From Amoebophrya sp. A120 (lineage: Eukaryota > Protista > Dinoflagellata): 64,000 nucleotides of DNA. The stretch spans positions 7,609,506-7,673,505 of the forward strand of contig CAJINV010000001.1 of NCBI GenBank assembly GCA_905178155.1. Reading direction: 5' to 3'. Positions 48,297 through 61,814 of the stretch are shown piece after piece. Below the pieces are notes generated by a model that ran no database searches, had not been told where the DNA came from, and worked only from the letters and a program-made list of their open reading frames with translations. The position numbers were made by a program, and so were the translations under genes. How positions within the stretch are numbered: the first letter of the stretch is position 1; each line of letters begins with the position of its first letter.

Positions 48297-51113
48297 ATGA
48301 GTGCCTCATCATCCTCATCATCGTCCTCCTCTTCAAGGAGAAGGGGTCCAGGACCGGAACCGGCACCAGAAACATGCACGGACATAGTGTTAGCGAATCC
48401 AGTCGGTGGCAACGATGAGAGCATGGCCATTGTGCCGGCAGATTTCCATAATTGTCCAGCGGCCATCTGGCGCGACTCGACAGAGGTCGCGTTCGCTGAT
48501 GCAATCGAGTCCAACATGCCGGACTATTGGTGCAAATGGGACACATACCCAGACCAATGGGGCCCGACTGGCGCGGTTGCGTGTGTCCGGGTGGGGCGCA
48601 TGCACACGCCTGCAGCCGTGCAGGCCAAGCTGCTGGACATGTGGCAGCGTGGGGAGAATCCCGTACTTCCGGCGGATGCAGCGCCAATGTTTAATGTGAT
48701 CCACCAGAACGCGGACTGGTGGAGCGAGCGCGATGGCTACAACAGGAGCGCGAATCTCGATGACGTCGGGAGGGCGTTGGCAAAGAACGGCATCCGGCTG
48801 CTGAACCCAGTGCATTACCACGGTATTGGCGATCCTGTGCGCGAAGAGCGACGGTCGATCCTCGGCATCCGGGGCGTCTGGAGGGAGCTCAGCATTCCCC
48901 CGCAGGCGTTGTGGTATGTGCGCCCGTGCGGGTCCCGCGACCGGCTAGCCGCCCGGAAGGACGTCGCTGCAGTAGTAACGCCCATAGATTCGAAGGCGTT
49001 TTGGAGTCTTTCCCGGAATGGCAGACATGTTACCTCCCTCGAAGAGGTAGACGCGTTCGGACTGTATCGCCGTTGCCGCTTCATTCGACACCTGCCACAG
49101 AGCATCCTCCCGCCCCTCAGACCTACAAATCAAGCACTATCGGAGGAGCGCGCCATCATGTTGTACGAGGCCGCCCTGACGTTCTTCGATTTTGATGAAG
49201 AAGCAGGTATTTTTTCCGTCACGATGCCAAGTGAGAAAGTCTTTGGGGATGAAATACGTGCCGAAGAGGCAGCTACGGCCGCGCGGGCGCTAGACTACGC
49301 CAATTATTGTAACAGGGCACAGGCCGCCGCCGCGTCGGACATGGATGGAGAAGCGCGCATTTTCGAGCCGGACGGTTCTGATTCTGAAGAAGAGGAGAGC
49401 CGCAACAGGCATCGCCCCAGGAGCCGCGTGCTGCAGGGGCCGTCGAATGCTTCGCCGGATGGAGAGCATGAAGGAAGAGATGATCATGAGGCGCAACATG
49501 CCGACCCAGCTGTCGAGCAGGCGCGGAAACTTGCCGAGGGAGTGAAGCTTCACGAGTTTCCGGGAGAGAGTGTCGCTTGGATCGCATCACAGACCACTGA
49601 CCAGCTCAATATGATTGCTGGGGACTTCTTCAGAAACATTTTTAAAAACGGCAAGCACGTGGTAAAATCTGGGAGAAACAACATCCGGCACAAGGACTCG
49701 CTAAAGCCGTTGCAAGCCGTCACACTTGGCGCCACGGTCAAGATTCTTTCTGCGTACGGAGCCCAGGTGTCTGCGTTCACGAAAAGCTCGCGCGGTTGTT
49801 TTCTTCTGCGGCTACTGGCCGAGCTGCGGCGCCGCTTCCTTCGCAAAGCGACAGCGCAAGCCGCAGCGCCAGCCAAGAACTGGACATCAATAACAATCAA
49901 CCACAACTACGCGACCCCACTGCACGTAGATGGCGGAAATGTCGGGCAGATGTACTCGATGGTCGTCTGCTTCGGAAAGTACGCGGGCGGCAGGCTTTTC
50001 ATCGCGACCGCGGGCGCCACTGGCTACCCACTGCCGCGCCGGCCCGATGGGAAGCTAGCGAAAGGCGAAGCGGGGACGTTCAAGGACGAGCATGGTGAGG
50101 AGGTTCCCGGTGAGTTCTTTTGCGTGTCGGCTAGCGGCATGGGGCCGCTGCTCTTCTCCGGACAAGTTCGGCACGGTAGGTTGCTCCCTGTTTGTTTCGC
50201 GGGTAGCTCCGCTAGTGTGTTCATCCTGATGTACGACTTGGCAGTCTTGTAATTTAGATTTAGACGTAAGAAAAATAAGGTAAGGCTGCACTCGGCCGCA
50301 GCGGCGGCTTCCTTAAACTGTATGTCAGCGTAGAACGGCCGCTGCCATTTTCGCATCTAGGGTGGACCCCACGACCCAGCATTGACTGTCCATATTGAAC
50401 TCGTTACTTTTGATTCTCGTACAACAGGAACGGAGGCGTACAAGGGAGACCGAACGTGTGCTGTCTGGTATTCGCATGGCGGCGTATACAAGCTCAGTCC
50501 GAACCACGAAGACGAGACGAGACGGGAACGTAGTAAACTTCTGGAGCAGCTACGCACGGCCGGAATAGACCCCGCGGACCCAGCAGAAGTGCCAGAGGGC
50601 TCCGCTCCGTCCTCTGAAGGATCCGCCCGTGGGCCGGCCAGGGTGGAGGCAGCCGAAGGGAGCGCCGGCAGCAGGCAAAGCAGCAAGCAGAGGGGAAGCA
50701 AAGCCGGGGAGACTGGGTCTGGAGCTGAGCCCGAAACCTACGAGGAGTTTGAAAACGAGCGCGCCAACCCGCTGGTGCTCGAGACAACTCTCGGAGGGGT
50801 TCCGCCCAGTTTGCGGGGGTGCTACATGAAGTACTTGCGCCACCGTGTGGTGGAGCGCTTTGCCGAAGCTGCGCGGGAATTCCGTGGCTCGCCGCGTTCT
50901 GTTTTAGATGTAGACACGCCTGAAGGACACGAAGCGGCCGCCCACCGACCCCGGACGTCGCCCGGCAAGCGGTCCGCGCGGGAAGTCATTGAACTATCAT
51001 CCTCATCCGACGCCGACGAAGGGCCCTCGATCCCCGGGGCCGCGCCCAGTAAAAGCGCGAGCGCGAAGGGCGCGGAGCGAGCGGCTGGCGCGCAGAAGAG
51101 AAAGCGAAAGTAG
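48297..51113 (+). CDS. 2OG-Fe(II) dioxygenase with TET/JBP-type signature, C-terminal NLS
   Basis: Exons 48297-50175 and 50428-51113 (GT-AG intron; 2565 nt in total) give WTSITINHNYATPLHVDGGN..GKYAGGRLF..LLFSGQVRHGTEAYKGDRTCAVWY, i.e. HxD, Hxs and Rx5Y. Ends QKRKRK. Confidence 0.8.
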
Positions 51114-52334
51114 TGGAAAGAAGCTTTCTATGGTATCCGTGATCGGTTTAAACTCGCACACATCTATTTGCGCGCGGAGGAAATAAAAGAAAGCGATGAG
51201 CATCAGAAGTAGGTATGCGCCGTGGGGCTGTTGCGTCCATTGATTGTGCCGCCTACGATTACAGCTGGTGATATGGCAGCCAGCTGAGGTCTTCGCTGTT
51301 CTTGTGCTTTCATGATATGTTCACAAAGTCAAAGACAACGCGTGTACACAACCACTAGAAACACCCTGTGGACACGTTTTTTGTTTTATCTATCAAAGAA
51401 GCTTGTCTCACATTGTTTTTTTGCAAGTTGTAGACCGAAGCAACCGGCTCCGTCGAGTTTGTCTCATTTGTGCTTTTGTTCCATGCCGTATGTATCGGGA
51501 AAGCAATCGTCTTGGCCTTCGTGCTGCTCAAGTGGAAGCGCAGTGGCGAATTTCTAGTCGAAAATCGAAATCATCTATGTTCTTGTCGCGCCTGTGGATT
51601 CAGAAGTACCGTGACAGGACATGGCTGTTTATGTCACGTGGTTTCTTTTGATAAGGAATGAATCAGCACGGCATGATCGAGAAGTTGAGTGTCCGTCATT
51701 GTTTCGCTGCAAAGTATACCTCGACTGCTGCCTACTTACAGCACTGCAGGTTCTGTCCACTATGACCGCCTCCCACGCCGGGCGCCCGTGCCGGTTTTGG
51801 TGCGTCGCCCACCCTTGCAGTTTTTGAAGCGTTTGAACCTGTCGGTTCACCTGCGGAATTTTCACGACACCGGATAAGAATATTGCGATGGCGCATACCT
51901 CCGATGAGCCACATGAAAGGTACGCACTGAAGATAGATCTTCTCAATCACGGAGCTGCGATTGCGCGCGATGCGAACTGCGTCTGTAGTGACATGATTTT
52001 ATGTGGCAGGAGACGTGATGCATGACGTCATGACGTAGCAAGGTATCGTAAATGCGAGCGCGCTCGTTTTGTTGCAGCAGCAAAAATATTCCCGTGTGAT
52101 AAGCAGGTATTAGGTGTCTGGAACGGATGGCGTCATCATGTGAAGGCCGAGGACCTCTATGATCTGAATATACGATATCTGATAGTTTTGCTCCACCTAA
52201 ACTACTCGTTTGTCGACAGTAACGAAGTTGACAGTGCGTGTTGGTTTGGATTTACGTTTCATCCTCATTTCGTGCAGAAGTGCTGCACCTCTTCGACTAA
52301 AGAAATGCAGAACTGCAGAAACAGATGAAATAAA

Positions 52335-55300
52335 ATGTCGCATCGCGAGAAGCTACGCTGCTCCGAAAGTTGCAATGCCTTTCCTTTGCATACCACTGAT
52401 GACACGAGGTCGAAGATCGGGTTTTGGCAGGCGGTCAGCAGCATTATCGCTACCATGGTCGGCGCGGCGATTTTTCTGCTTCCCCAGGCGGTTGCGAAGG
52501 TCGGGCTGATCGGCGGACTTTTCGTCGGGCTACTTTTTGGGTACGTTTTGCTGACGGCAACCGCAATCGCCGTGCCCCGGTGCATCGAACTTTGCGAAGA
52601 GTTGGACGTACTGGAGCCAGATGTACCAGTTGCAGATGCTGCCACATCAGAACAAGGCCCTGCCACTGGCTTCACGAGGAAGTTCAAAACAATCACGCAA
52701 GACTCTGCAGCGGAGGGAAAACATGTCGATCATCTAGCACTGGATCTGGAGCCCACCGTCTCCGAAGTCCTGCGCATGATCCCCTCCACGGACAACTTGC
52801 TACACGAAGGCGACGACACTACGGTTCTGTCGTCTGCGACGGCAAAGACGCAGCGGGCTGCCTTTGAAGAAAAAGAACACGAACTTTTCGAGGAGCAGAA
52901 CACCTCCGTTGCCTTCGTCATTCATGTCGCGGAAGGCGACGACCAAAGCGACGAAGTCATCGACGTCTGCGCAAATACGACGGCGGGCGTGTTCACGCAG
53001 CCACCGGTGATGCTAAGTACTGCGTATGAAGAGGAGCCGCTGCTGGAAATATTCACCGCGAGCGCAGCAGGAACCACGACAGGAGGCAACATCAACAACA
53101 CTTCGATGCCAGCCGCTTCGATGCAGTCGGGGCAGCAAGAGCTACACGCTGTTCGAAACGAAGGCCTGAGCATCAGCAAGGCCGATGGTCACGATGACCC
53201 ACCAGAGGCGGGTCTACGTACTGCGGAGAATGGTGTATCACCCCCACCTGTTGTGCTGAGGCGCAAGCGAAAGATCTATTTGCTTCCCGACGTGGCTGAA
53301 AAAGCGTTTGGCAGCAAGGTCTGGCGGAAAATCCTGAGCGTCTCACTGACGGTTACTTTGGTGCTGACTTGTGCCGTGTTTATTGTGGTTTTCGGAAGCA
53401 GTATTCAAACGCTTGTGCGGCAAATCCGGATCATCGCCGGAGATCGCGACGTGCGCTTGGAAGAGCCGCCCCGCTCGGTGTGGAAAGAGAGTCTCGTATC
53501 GGTGGCGGTTATGTCCACCGTGGTGCAACTGCGGGATATTTCGTCGCTAGCCAAGTTCAGCTTTGTCGGGACCCTGGCCATCTTCTTCGTGCTCTTGGTC
53601 TTCGTTTTCTCGCCCGTTTTTCTCCACGCGGGCCACATCACAACGCATGGTAGAGCTGAGTGCTGCTTGTAGTTCTGGTGCCAAATGCGAAAGGAAGCCG
53701 CTCTTTCTTGATGCGGATTTTCTTCCCCTCGCAGACCGCAGTGCGGCAAACTGAATCGAAACAAAAATCATACCAGGCTTTCCGGATCCAATCATGGGTG
53801 GCTGGGTGCCTCGCAGTGCGACTGGGCCCGAGCCCCTGCCTGCTGGCGTCCTACTCGCGCAGCATGACAGAACCGCGGGACCGCACGAGACTGAAAGTCA
53901 TGTGTGGGCGTGGAGCAAGGAGCGAGGTGCAGTGCAGTACACGATAGCGCCGTTGACTGCCGTAGGCGAAATTTGCACGACGACAATCGACGCACTGACC
54001 ATGCTAGCGTTCGTATGCTATTCGAAAGATGCCTCCACCGCGCATTCCTGGTCCGAGTGAGGACTAGAGTTGTAGATGTACCAGTGATTAAGATTACATG
54101 TAAGATCCTCAACATTTTCGGATGAAGTATGGGAGTGGAGGCATTCTTGAACAGCATTCGCCGCTTTCGCGTTTGCCTTCAACGCCCCCCACATTCGTGC
54201 GGGCATGGAAAAGCCGGAACAGATGCCGAGCGCCATTCTAGTCAGCAAGACCGTGGTGCTGGTGACATTCGCGCTTGTGATACTACTCGGAAACCTGGGG
54301 ATCGGTGCTGACAAGCTGCTGGCTTCGGATTCCGTGTTTTCCGCCCTGGAGAAATACGGCACAAAAGTAGTTCTACGCACCAGGGAAAAAGCTGTATCAC
54401 GTATGAAATTCCAGCAACGCTTGGGACGTGACGCAAGCGGTTCTTTGTCGTGACGACGACGTGACTGTGCGCACTGATTTTTCCTGGAAATAGTACGTAT
54501 GCCTCCTAAAAACCTTTGAATCATTTTTAAATCAATCTAAACTCAGCCTGCGCCTGCATATGCATGACCACTAGCATTTGGCCATTCCCATTGCGAATTT
54601 GCGCGATACGCTTTTTGAAAACTCGATAGCCTCGCACAAGTGATTACACCACCAAGTTCGGCCAGAATCCGGAATGGAGTGCGTCCGGCGAAACAATTCT
54701 TGCGTCGGCCAACGGGTACGCATTGCTCGTGAATCCGCTGTATTACTTCGGTAACGTGCCCAGGGGCGCGCTGATGGGGATGACCCTGGCGATTCTGATG
54801 ATGATGAAGCTGCTTCTGAGCTACCCCCTAGCAATCTGGCCGGTGCTTATGGACATCGAGCGTCGCCTCGGAAAATTGTTCAGCGAGCGAGGGAGGAGGG
54901 GAGACGCTCAGCACAGAGTAGCACTGGAGGGCACGCACGAGGGGAATCGAAATAAAGCCGCTTGCGAAGACACACCATTACCGGTAGATGAGCAGCGACC
55001 CCTGCTGCCCTGCGGGGGTCCCGAAATGACAGAGGCCAGCGTTGCTGCAGGCGATTTGGAGAAGGGCACGCTGCCGCGCATGACCCCAGAAACCTTCGCC
55101 GCCGATATTGATCAAGAACAGGGGCACGACTGCGTGAGGACACCACTGTACGCGAGCGTGCTTGCCCGCGTCCTTCTTGTCTGCGTCACTTACGGCATTG
55201 GAGCTTCGCTGCGCTGCGAGATGAAGCGGCTCGGTGCTGTGGTCGGGCTTGCCATCAGCACAGGCGGCATGGTCATTCTGGTGTTCGTGCCTCTCGCTGC

Positions 55301-55478
55301 ACACTACCATTTGCATGAGCGGGTCCGGGTCCTGAAGAAGCGACCAAAGATCTGGCACGATCACGCCCAAGCCTGGTTTTACCTGGGTTGCGCGCTCTTG
55401 GGCATCTTGATGTTCCTTCAAGCGGTCGCCACGGCGCCACGGGAGATTGCCGACGCACTGGCTGCATCAGCGTGGTGA
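52335..55478 (+). CDS. Amino-acid permease (Aa_trans / AAAP family), multi-exon
   Basis: GFWQAVSSIIATMVGAAIFLLPQAVAKVGLIGG, QLRDISSLAKFSFVG, AFAFAFNAPHIRAGMEKPEQM, LLSYPLAIWPV; multiple TM helices. Confidence 0.85.
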
Positions 55479-56588
55479 CAATCCTGCTTGTTCTCACGGT
55501 CGGATAAAGTGCGCAGCATTAATTTGCTGTTGCCCGGTAGAATACATGAGTTCGTCATTGAGTAGGTACTGCAGCTCAGCTCTACGTGAGTGTCTATTGT
55601 TTCCGCGTTTTCTTCTTGTTTTGGTCGTTCGGTTTGACTTTTTGCCAAGTACATTACACCACTTAATATTTTATAAGAACCCAAAAATTATGCGAAGTAT
55701 ACGATTGTCTTCTTGCGGCTTCTACTTTGACTTTTCTATTTTTTTTCTAGAATAAAGGAATCTAATCAAGTAGCCGTGTGCATTGAAGAGCGCATAGTTT
55801 TAGGTTTTATTAGTTGTTTCTGCTGATGATTGAGTCTCTGTCTCTGATAGGGCTAGGAAGTGCTGCTCTATGACTTTTTGCTAAAGGAAACTTTCTGCTG
55901 ATCTTTATTGCATCTCCGCTTAGCACGCGGCTTTTCCTTCTGTTCGTTAAAATGTAAAATTAAGATGAAAACTGACTTTGAGAACTTGTGTTTGATCAAA
56001 ATTTGCAGTTGAAATTTTCGTATGCGTCTGTTTTCATTTGCGTCTGTAGTGTCAGACGAGCCTGATGTAGTGCGCGAAAACGAAACTTCCTGCCGCGCCA
56101 TTATAAGACTCTTCGAGAATAAAGAATATTCTTTGCCCGCCGTTTTCACCACGAGGCTGCTTTCATGGAGACCTGCTTTCCAGCACTATAAGATCGCCCG
56201 TGCCTAAGGTCGAAACTGCAATCGAAAAGCAATAAAGGACCGACAATGACGGCTGCAGACGCATCGTTATCCGCAGAATCGTGTCCTGTTCCTGATTGTT
56301 CTTGTCTTTGGGGCCCGAAGTCCTTTGATATTTGGATTGACGAGAGTAAGAAGCTTGGCAGCAGATGAGGGTGAAAAAGGGTGATGCAGTAGCCGACCGC
56401 TTGTGGTCGTTGGCTTTGTAGGTGTGGTACGATGAAGTATGTCCCATTTATGGAATTAATGCGACAGGGAGAGATGACGAATACCAAGAGCAAGACGGTC
56501 CGGGTCCGGCAAGTTCTCGCCGAAATGTTCCACTAAGCAACACGACTGCTCCAAAAATCCAGCAAGTTGAAGAAGTTCACAAATAATT

Positions 56589-59393
56589 ATGAAGCGCCCA
56601 CCGCCACACTCACGGCCGCCGCGAGTGCGGCGGCAGCCGCAGGACCCGAATCCAGACGACTTCTGTATCTTTTGCTGTCCCGCGTCACCAGGGCGCCCAG
56701 GACCCCAGCGCAGCAGCGGGTCGAAAGAAACTTCTGCGTCCTCTGCGTGCGGCTGCTCTGCGCCAAGTTTCTTCTGCGCCTGTGCCTCAACGGTAATGCT
56801 GCTGCAGGATCATTTCCTAGGCTCTCGTTCCGGAGCGGGCGGCCACTTGCTACACACTCAAGCCATGGCGCACGCCCAGCCAGTGCGCGATTCCGAACAA
56901 GATAGACGAAAGTCAACATCCAGCACGGCGCTCGCCGCGCCGACGGAGACGTTATTTACAGGATCGAAAGAGGAAGTAGACGATGGGAACAAGATCGTCC
57001 CAGCCGAGAAAAAGCGGGACCCGAGCAGGGACCCAGCAAAACCGACCGAGCCAGACGAGGGAAGAAGCCATAAGGAGCAAGCGAACGCCCACAAGGGAGC
57101 GGTGAACGAGCACCAGAATAAAGGGCGAACTTTTATAGAGCATGAAGAAGGGGGCACCACGACCTACGAAAAGCGAGGCACTTTGCGTCACGCCACGGAA
57201 CAAAATGCGGTAAAGCCGCTCTCTTCAGCACCGGTGGACAGTACTAGAGGCTCGTCACGCGCAGGAGAAGCCACGAAGAAGATCATGAGGACCGCGGAAC
57301 GACAAGGAGAGCCATTGTAATCAAAAACGATACTACCTTTGGCGTTAAAGTGCAGCGAGCTATCGAAAGTAGCTTCAACCGATATCTCGTAGAGTCGGGA
57401 CGGAGCTTCGATGTGATAGAGGTGTCAACCTTTACAGGTGGCGAGGATGGTGTCTCTTCAGCTGCGTCAAATGCAACCGAGGACGCTGATAGCGGCGGCG
57501 CGAGGCTATCCTCTTCCCTGATACGGAAAGAGGAAGGTGGTCATGCTATCAACACGAATAAACGAGTGCAACAAGAAGGAGCACACACGAACTCCCTGGG
57601 TTCGCAGGTACGTAACCACAAACAAATGACGGCGCTTCATCTGGATTTGACAGAACAACAGCAGCAGCAACTTCGCAACACGCAAAGAATTGAACAGGCC
57701 ATGGATGGTACCACTACAGCAATTGACCGCCTGTCAGTATTGGGCGGAAAAGTCGCGTCCGCAGACGAGGAGGGCGGGAACCCCTTCAACTTTTCCGCGT
57801 ACTTCCTCGGCGCCATGCCGACGGCTGGCACCGAGGCAGCCAACAAGTTCCAGAATAACACAGAGCTGGATGAGATCATCACGAAGGCCATACAGAGGCA
57901 CATTCTGAAGAAGTACCATAACGCGACCAAGAATACGACGACCTTGCGCTTGGACGGAATTTCCGTCCAACTGCGGCGCGAAGTTACTTTTCTCGGTATC
58001 GCGGATGCCAAGGCCGCTGCTGGTGACGCGGATTCGCCGGCAGCGTCCTCGCTCCTTTTCGTCCAAGACCGGGAGCATCAGCAACAATTGGGCGCGCTGA
58101 TGAGCGCAGAGCTTCGACAAGGAACTTGACCTGGAGATGGCAACTTTTTTGGCCGCAGCCCGCAGGTCCAAGCTGCACCTGTCACCAACGTTCCAGCTGT
58201 TTCACGCCCGGAAGATGGAGAAAATCCTCATCGCCAAGCAGCGCAGGCGATTTGCCGAGGAAAACCGGAAAAGAGAGGCATGGCGGCGCGCCCTGGTGGT
58301 GGAAAGCATGCGGAAGATGAAGAAGAAACAGCAGCTTCCGTCGGCGGGGGAGAATAACAATAAAGGTCTTCAAAAATATGCTGCGAAGACAGGGACTGGG
58401 GCGCAAGGGGGTGACCGAGCAGTTTCATCCGGCGTAGAAGCAAGTGCGGAGACAAAACCAACAGAAAAATTGATCACGCCGCGTTTCTCGTTCTTGGCCC
58501 TCCTCGAAAGACGCAGCCAGACCCCACTGAAAAAGGAAGCAGCAGAAAAAAACGCAACAAAAAGCGGCCCGCCGTTCACTCTTTGGTGCGACTTGCAGCC
58601 CTTCGCGCTGGAGGAAATCGACAGCTGGATCAATCTATCAAATGTAAAAATGTCTGGGTCTGGAACAATGCAACTTGTGATGCTAAATCTGAAGCATGCA
58701 AAAATCTGTGTTGCATGATTACCAAAAGTCGTCCAGTTTTGACCAAGTCGGGAGTCAGTTTCTCACGCAGGATAGGCATGAGAAAGATCGCGCAAAATCT
58801 GTCATGCTAGGGCCTGCATTCCAGACCTCATGGGTCATTAAAAAGCTGCACGACAAATCGCGCATTCTTCCAGACCCAGACATTTTTACATTTGATACAA
58901 TCCGTGTCTTGTGTTATTTGAGTACCCTGGTAGTATCGGGTTTGTGGGTCTCATCATTTCTTTCGTTATCACTTGTCTGATCGTCTGCCGCCACTACCTT
59001 TTGTGCAGACAGCGCAAGCGCCCCGTGGACCCAGCTCTGGCTCTGCTGGAGGGCGTCGGACATGAAGACGCGCTTCTGGCGGGAGAATCGGCCGCTGCTG
59101 ACCCCGCGGGTGCGCTGAAAAAGAAGCAGAAGAAGAGCAAGAAAATGGAAAAGGAAAAGGCGGAGTCGAAAGTTGCGGGCATGAAATTGGGCATGATCAC
59201 GGGAGGTGGGTCGTACACTGTGCAGCGTTCTCCAGCACTGCCCGGCGGGGGCGGAAGGCAGCCCGCAAACAAGGCACTCTCCGCAGCAGCTAGCGGTGCC
59301 TTTGCAGGGGCAAGTGCGGGTTTTGGCGCAGCTGTATCCGGCTCTGCTGCGTTTGGAGCGCCGAAAGCTACCCGTGGCTTCGGAAAGTACTAG
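56589..59393 (+). CDS. Hypothetical multi-exon single-pass membrane protein (start approximate)
   Basis: Chain of + ORFs (56589, 57350, 58137, 58911). The last two join in frame after removing 58636-58902 (DSWINPCLVLFEYPG). TM segment IGFVGLIISFVITCLIV. Confidence 0.6.
58636..58897. mobile_element. TIR introner/MITE, family A (262 bp), TSD CAATC
   Basis: Family A TIRs. CAATC at 58631-58635 and 58898-58902. Confidence 0.95.
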
Positions 59394-61814
59394 AGCTGAG
59401 ATTCTGTAGAATTCTTTTGGTCTTAACGTCAAAGAACTAATTCTCGCCGTCACCATTGCTATTCGCCGTCTTATGCTCCATATGTAGTTTAAGTTTTTTT
59501 TTTTCCGATATGTCGTGCCTTGGCTGTGAATTTAATATTAGTTCGTTATGATGTTTCGGTGTGCTTTTTGGTAGTTTTCGTTTTTCGCTATTTTTTCTTT
59601 GTTCTCGCCCAGAAGTTGGCGCTGAGCGTTTCTGCTTGATTTCAATCTACAAAGGTTTTCTGTCAAGAAGCACTGATTACAACTACAAGTTTCGTCAATC
59701 GAAGTACTGAATATTTCGTTGTCTTGTGTCTGATGAGATGTCATGGCACGACTGGCTCCCTCTGTAATTGCAATTGCTCGAGCGCTAAACGAAGAGCTGG
59801 CTTAGCGATCCCAACTGCACAGGTACCATATGGCGTAGCCGTCGCTCCTATTTTTTTAAGTACTACTCTGCTTCACACATAGTTGGAACTGGACGTTTAG
59901 TTTCGTGAGTTTGCTTTCTATTTATTTCGCTTGGTTGCCGCGCTTCGTCGCCACTGCACTGTAACTTTTATTTTCTCTGGTGGCCCGAAGATTGCGTGAT
60001 GCCCTCAAAGCTGTCGATCAAAATGAAATAATTTGAAGTGGTGTACGTTGCCAAGACTGACCACACAGCTGCCCTCACGGGCGCCACGTCTTCGCGCAGT
60101 TCCTGCGAGTTCTACCTAGGTGATAAAAACTATGAGTCAGAAAACGTCAGTCTTTCTGGTAGTTCGATTCGTTGCATCGTCGTGCGGGCTACTCGTTGAT
60201 ATTCGGTTTAATGAAATGTCAATGTGCTCTCCTAGTCCTATCGTTAAATCGTGAGGTCCCGGTTTTGCCGCGGCCGTCAACAGTTCTCAGGCAATCGATC
60301 CAGCAGTATCCTACTGTCTCAGTCGTTTCTGGTCTATCGTTGTTTCAGAGAAACTTCGGTTGCATCGGCATTTCATATGTTGGGCCGCATCGCTGATGCC
60401 AGGGTCGTAACGTTAGTGTCTGACCCGACATGATGATTTTCAAACTTCTCAGTCTCGTCGTACGCAAAAATCGTAGTACCTGTTGGTCTCCTAGTACTTG
60501 CACACTATTGGAGTTGGCCTTAAGATTCTTGCGGTCGCGCTCGGCTAGCTGGCCGAGCTGTGCTGATCAGGTGTGGCGGGTAGTTCCCGACTGGTTGGCA
60601 CTTTTTGTGGGGCAACTTGCCGGGGTAGCGCTCGGCCTCGGCTTTTGTATCATGAGGTCGCCGAAAGTGCTTCCTCGCCCACCCCCCGGGGAGGGGGTCC
60701 TTGGCCTGTGGCGCTGGGTACGGGTGTCCACTACATGATGACGATGATGATTCGCGTTTTCCCTTATAGTCTGCGCATCACAGGTTTTCTTTGCCATTTC
60801 GAGCAACTTTGTGATGCAGAAACTCCAGCAAATGCGTAACTGTAGCACTTTTTTCCTGTGTTATGAAGCCTGGGCTGACTGAGGGCTTCGGCTTTCTCTC
60901 TCCCAGGCAACTTCCCGTGGGTGCTAGGCTGTTCAGAGCTAAAAAGGGTGGCGCTTCGTCAAGCTACGGCGGTGGTCAGGTGAGACACAGACCATCAGCT
61001 ACTTGCAAGCAGGAACATAAAAAAGTAGTACGCTAAACAGTTACTCGCTCGCCTAAAGAAGCAAGCACCCGACTGATTTTGATGTGCTATTGGAGGACGT
61101 AGAAGTTGGTTACCCTACTAACTTCTCGCTACGAAAGTAAGCGACAAGAAATGTTGACGCGAGTAACGAAATGGTTGAAGATTGATGTGTTCGCGGGGGG
61201 GTGAGTTGCCGTTCTCGTGGCGCTAGTAGTGGGAAGGGTCCTTGATCATGCACAAAAACTTCCTCTTCTTCGGAACTGCTCTGCCCCTGCCACTATATTT
61301 GTATTTGTGGAGCCTTTCCTATTCCTCCCAGTCCCATGTTGCATTGCGACGGTGATTCGTTGTGCGACGACCTCTCTGCGCGCTTTGCTTAGCGCCTTTT
61401 TGTTGATTTGCAGAACCTTGAAAGCACTTTTAGGCTCTGACTCGGCAGTAGCATTATTTACTATTTCCGGCTTTCGTAGACCTTTGTAGCCTTCACGCAC
61501 AACCAATTCCTTCATGTCGAGACGGCGCGCGCGCGGACGCGAACGTCAGCCGGTCGCGCGTCGGCGCGCCCGCGTCGGCACAGCGTCGGGCGCCGCGCGC
61601 GACTTACACAGGTGCACGCACAACAATGACCAGTTTTTTTTTCATTTTTTTGGGGTGCCCGGGAGTCTCTTCTTCCCACGTACACGCTGAGTATAAATAT
61701 GCGAATTCGCCCGTCGGGGGCCCTTCTCGGAGCACGCAATAAAAGCAGTTTAGTACTTTTTACGAATTTATTCAATAAAATTAATGATATAGATTTTGCT
61801 TTTGTGGAAGAATT

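Noticed and set aside
58081-58140. Frame change between ORFs 57350 and 58137
   Set aside because: Could be a small intron or an assembly indel. No TIR or TSD is visible and it cannot be resolved without cDNA.
3221-58980. Recurrent ORF peptides such as [24 protein letters not shown] and [10 protein letters not shown]
   Set aside because: These are translations of the family A TIR in different frames, not a protein domain or transposase.
60775-60817. Inverted GCATCACA/TGTGATGC pair matching the introner motif
   Set aside because: No TAY...RTA ends, TIR or TSD were found around it. It may be chance or an unrecognisable relic.
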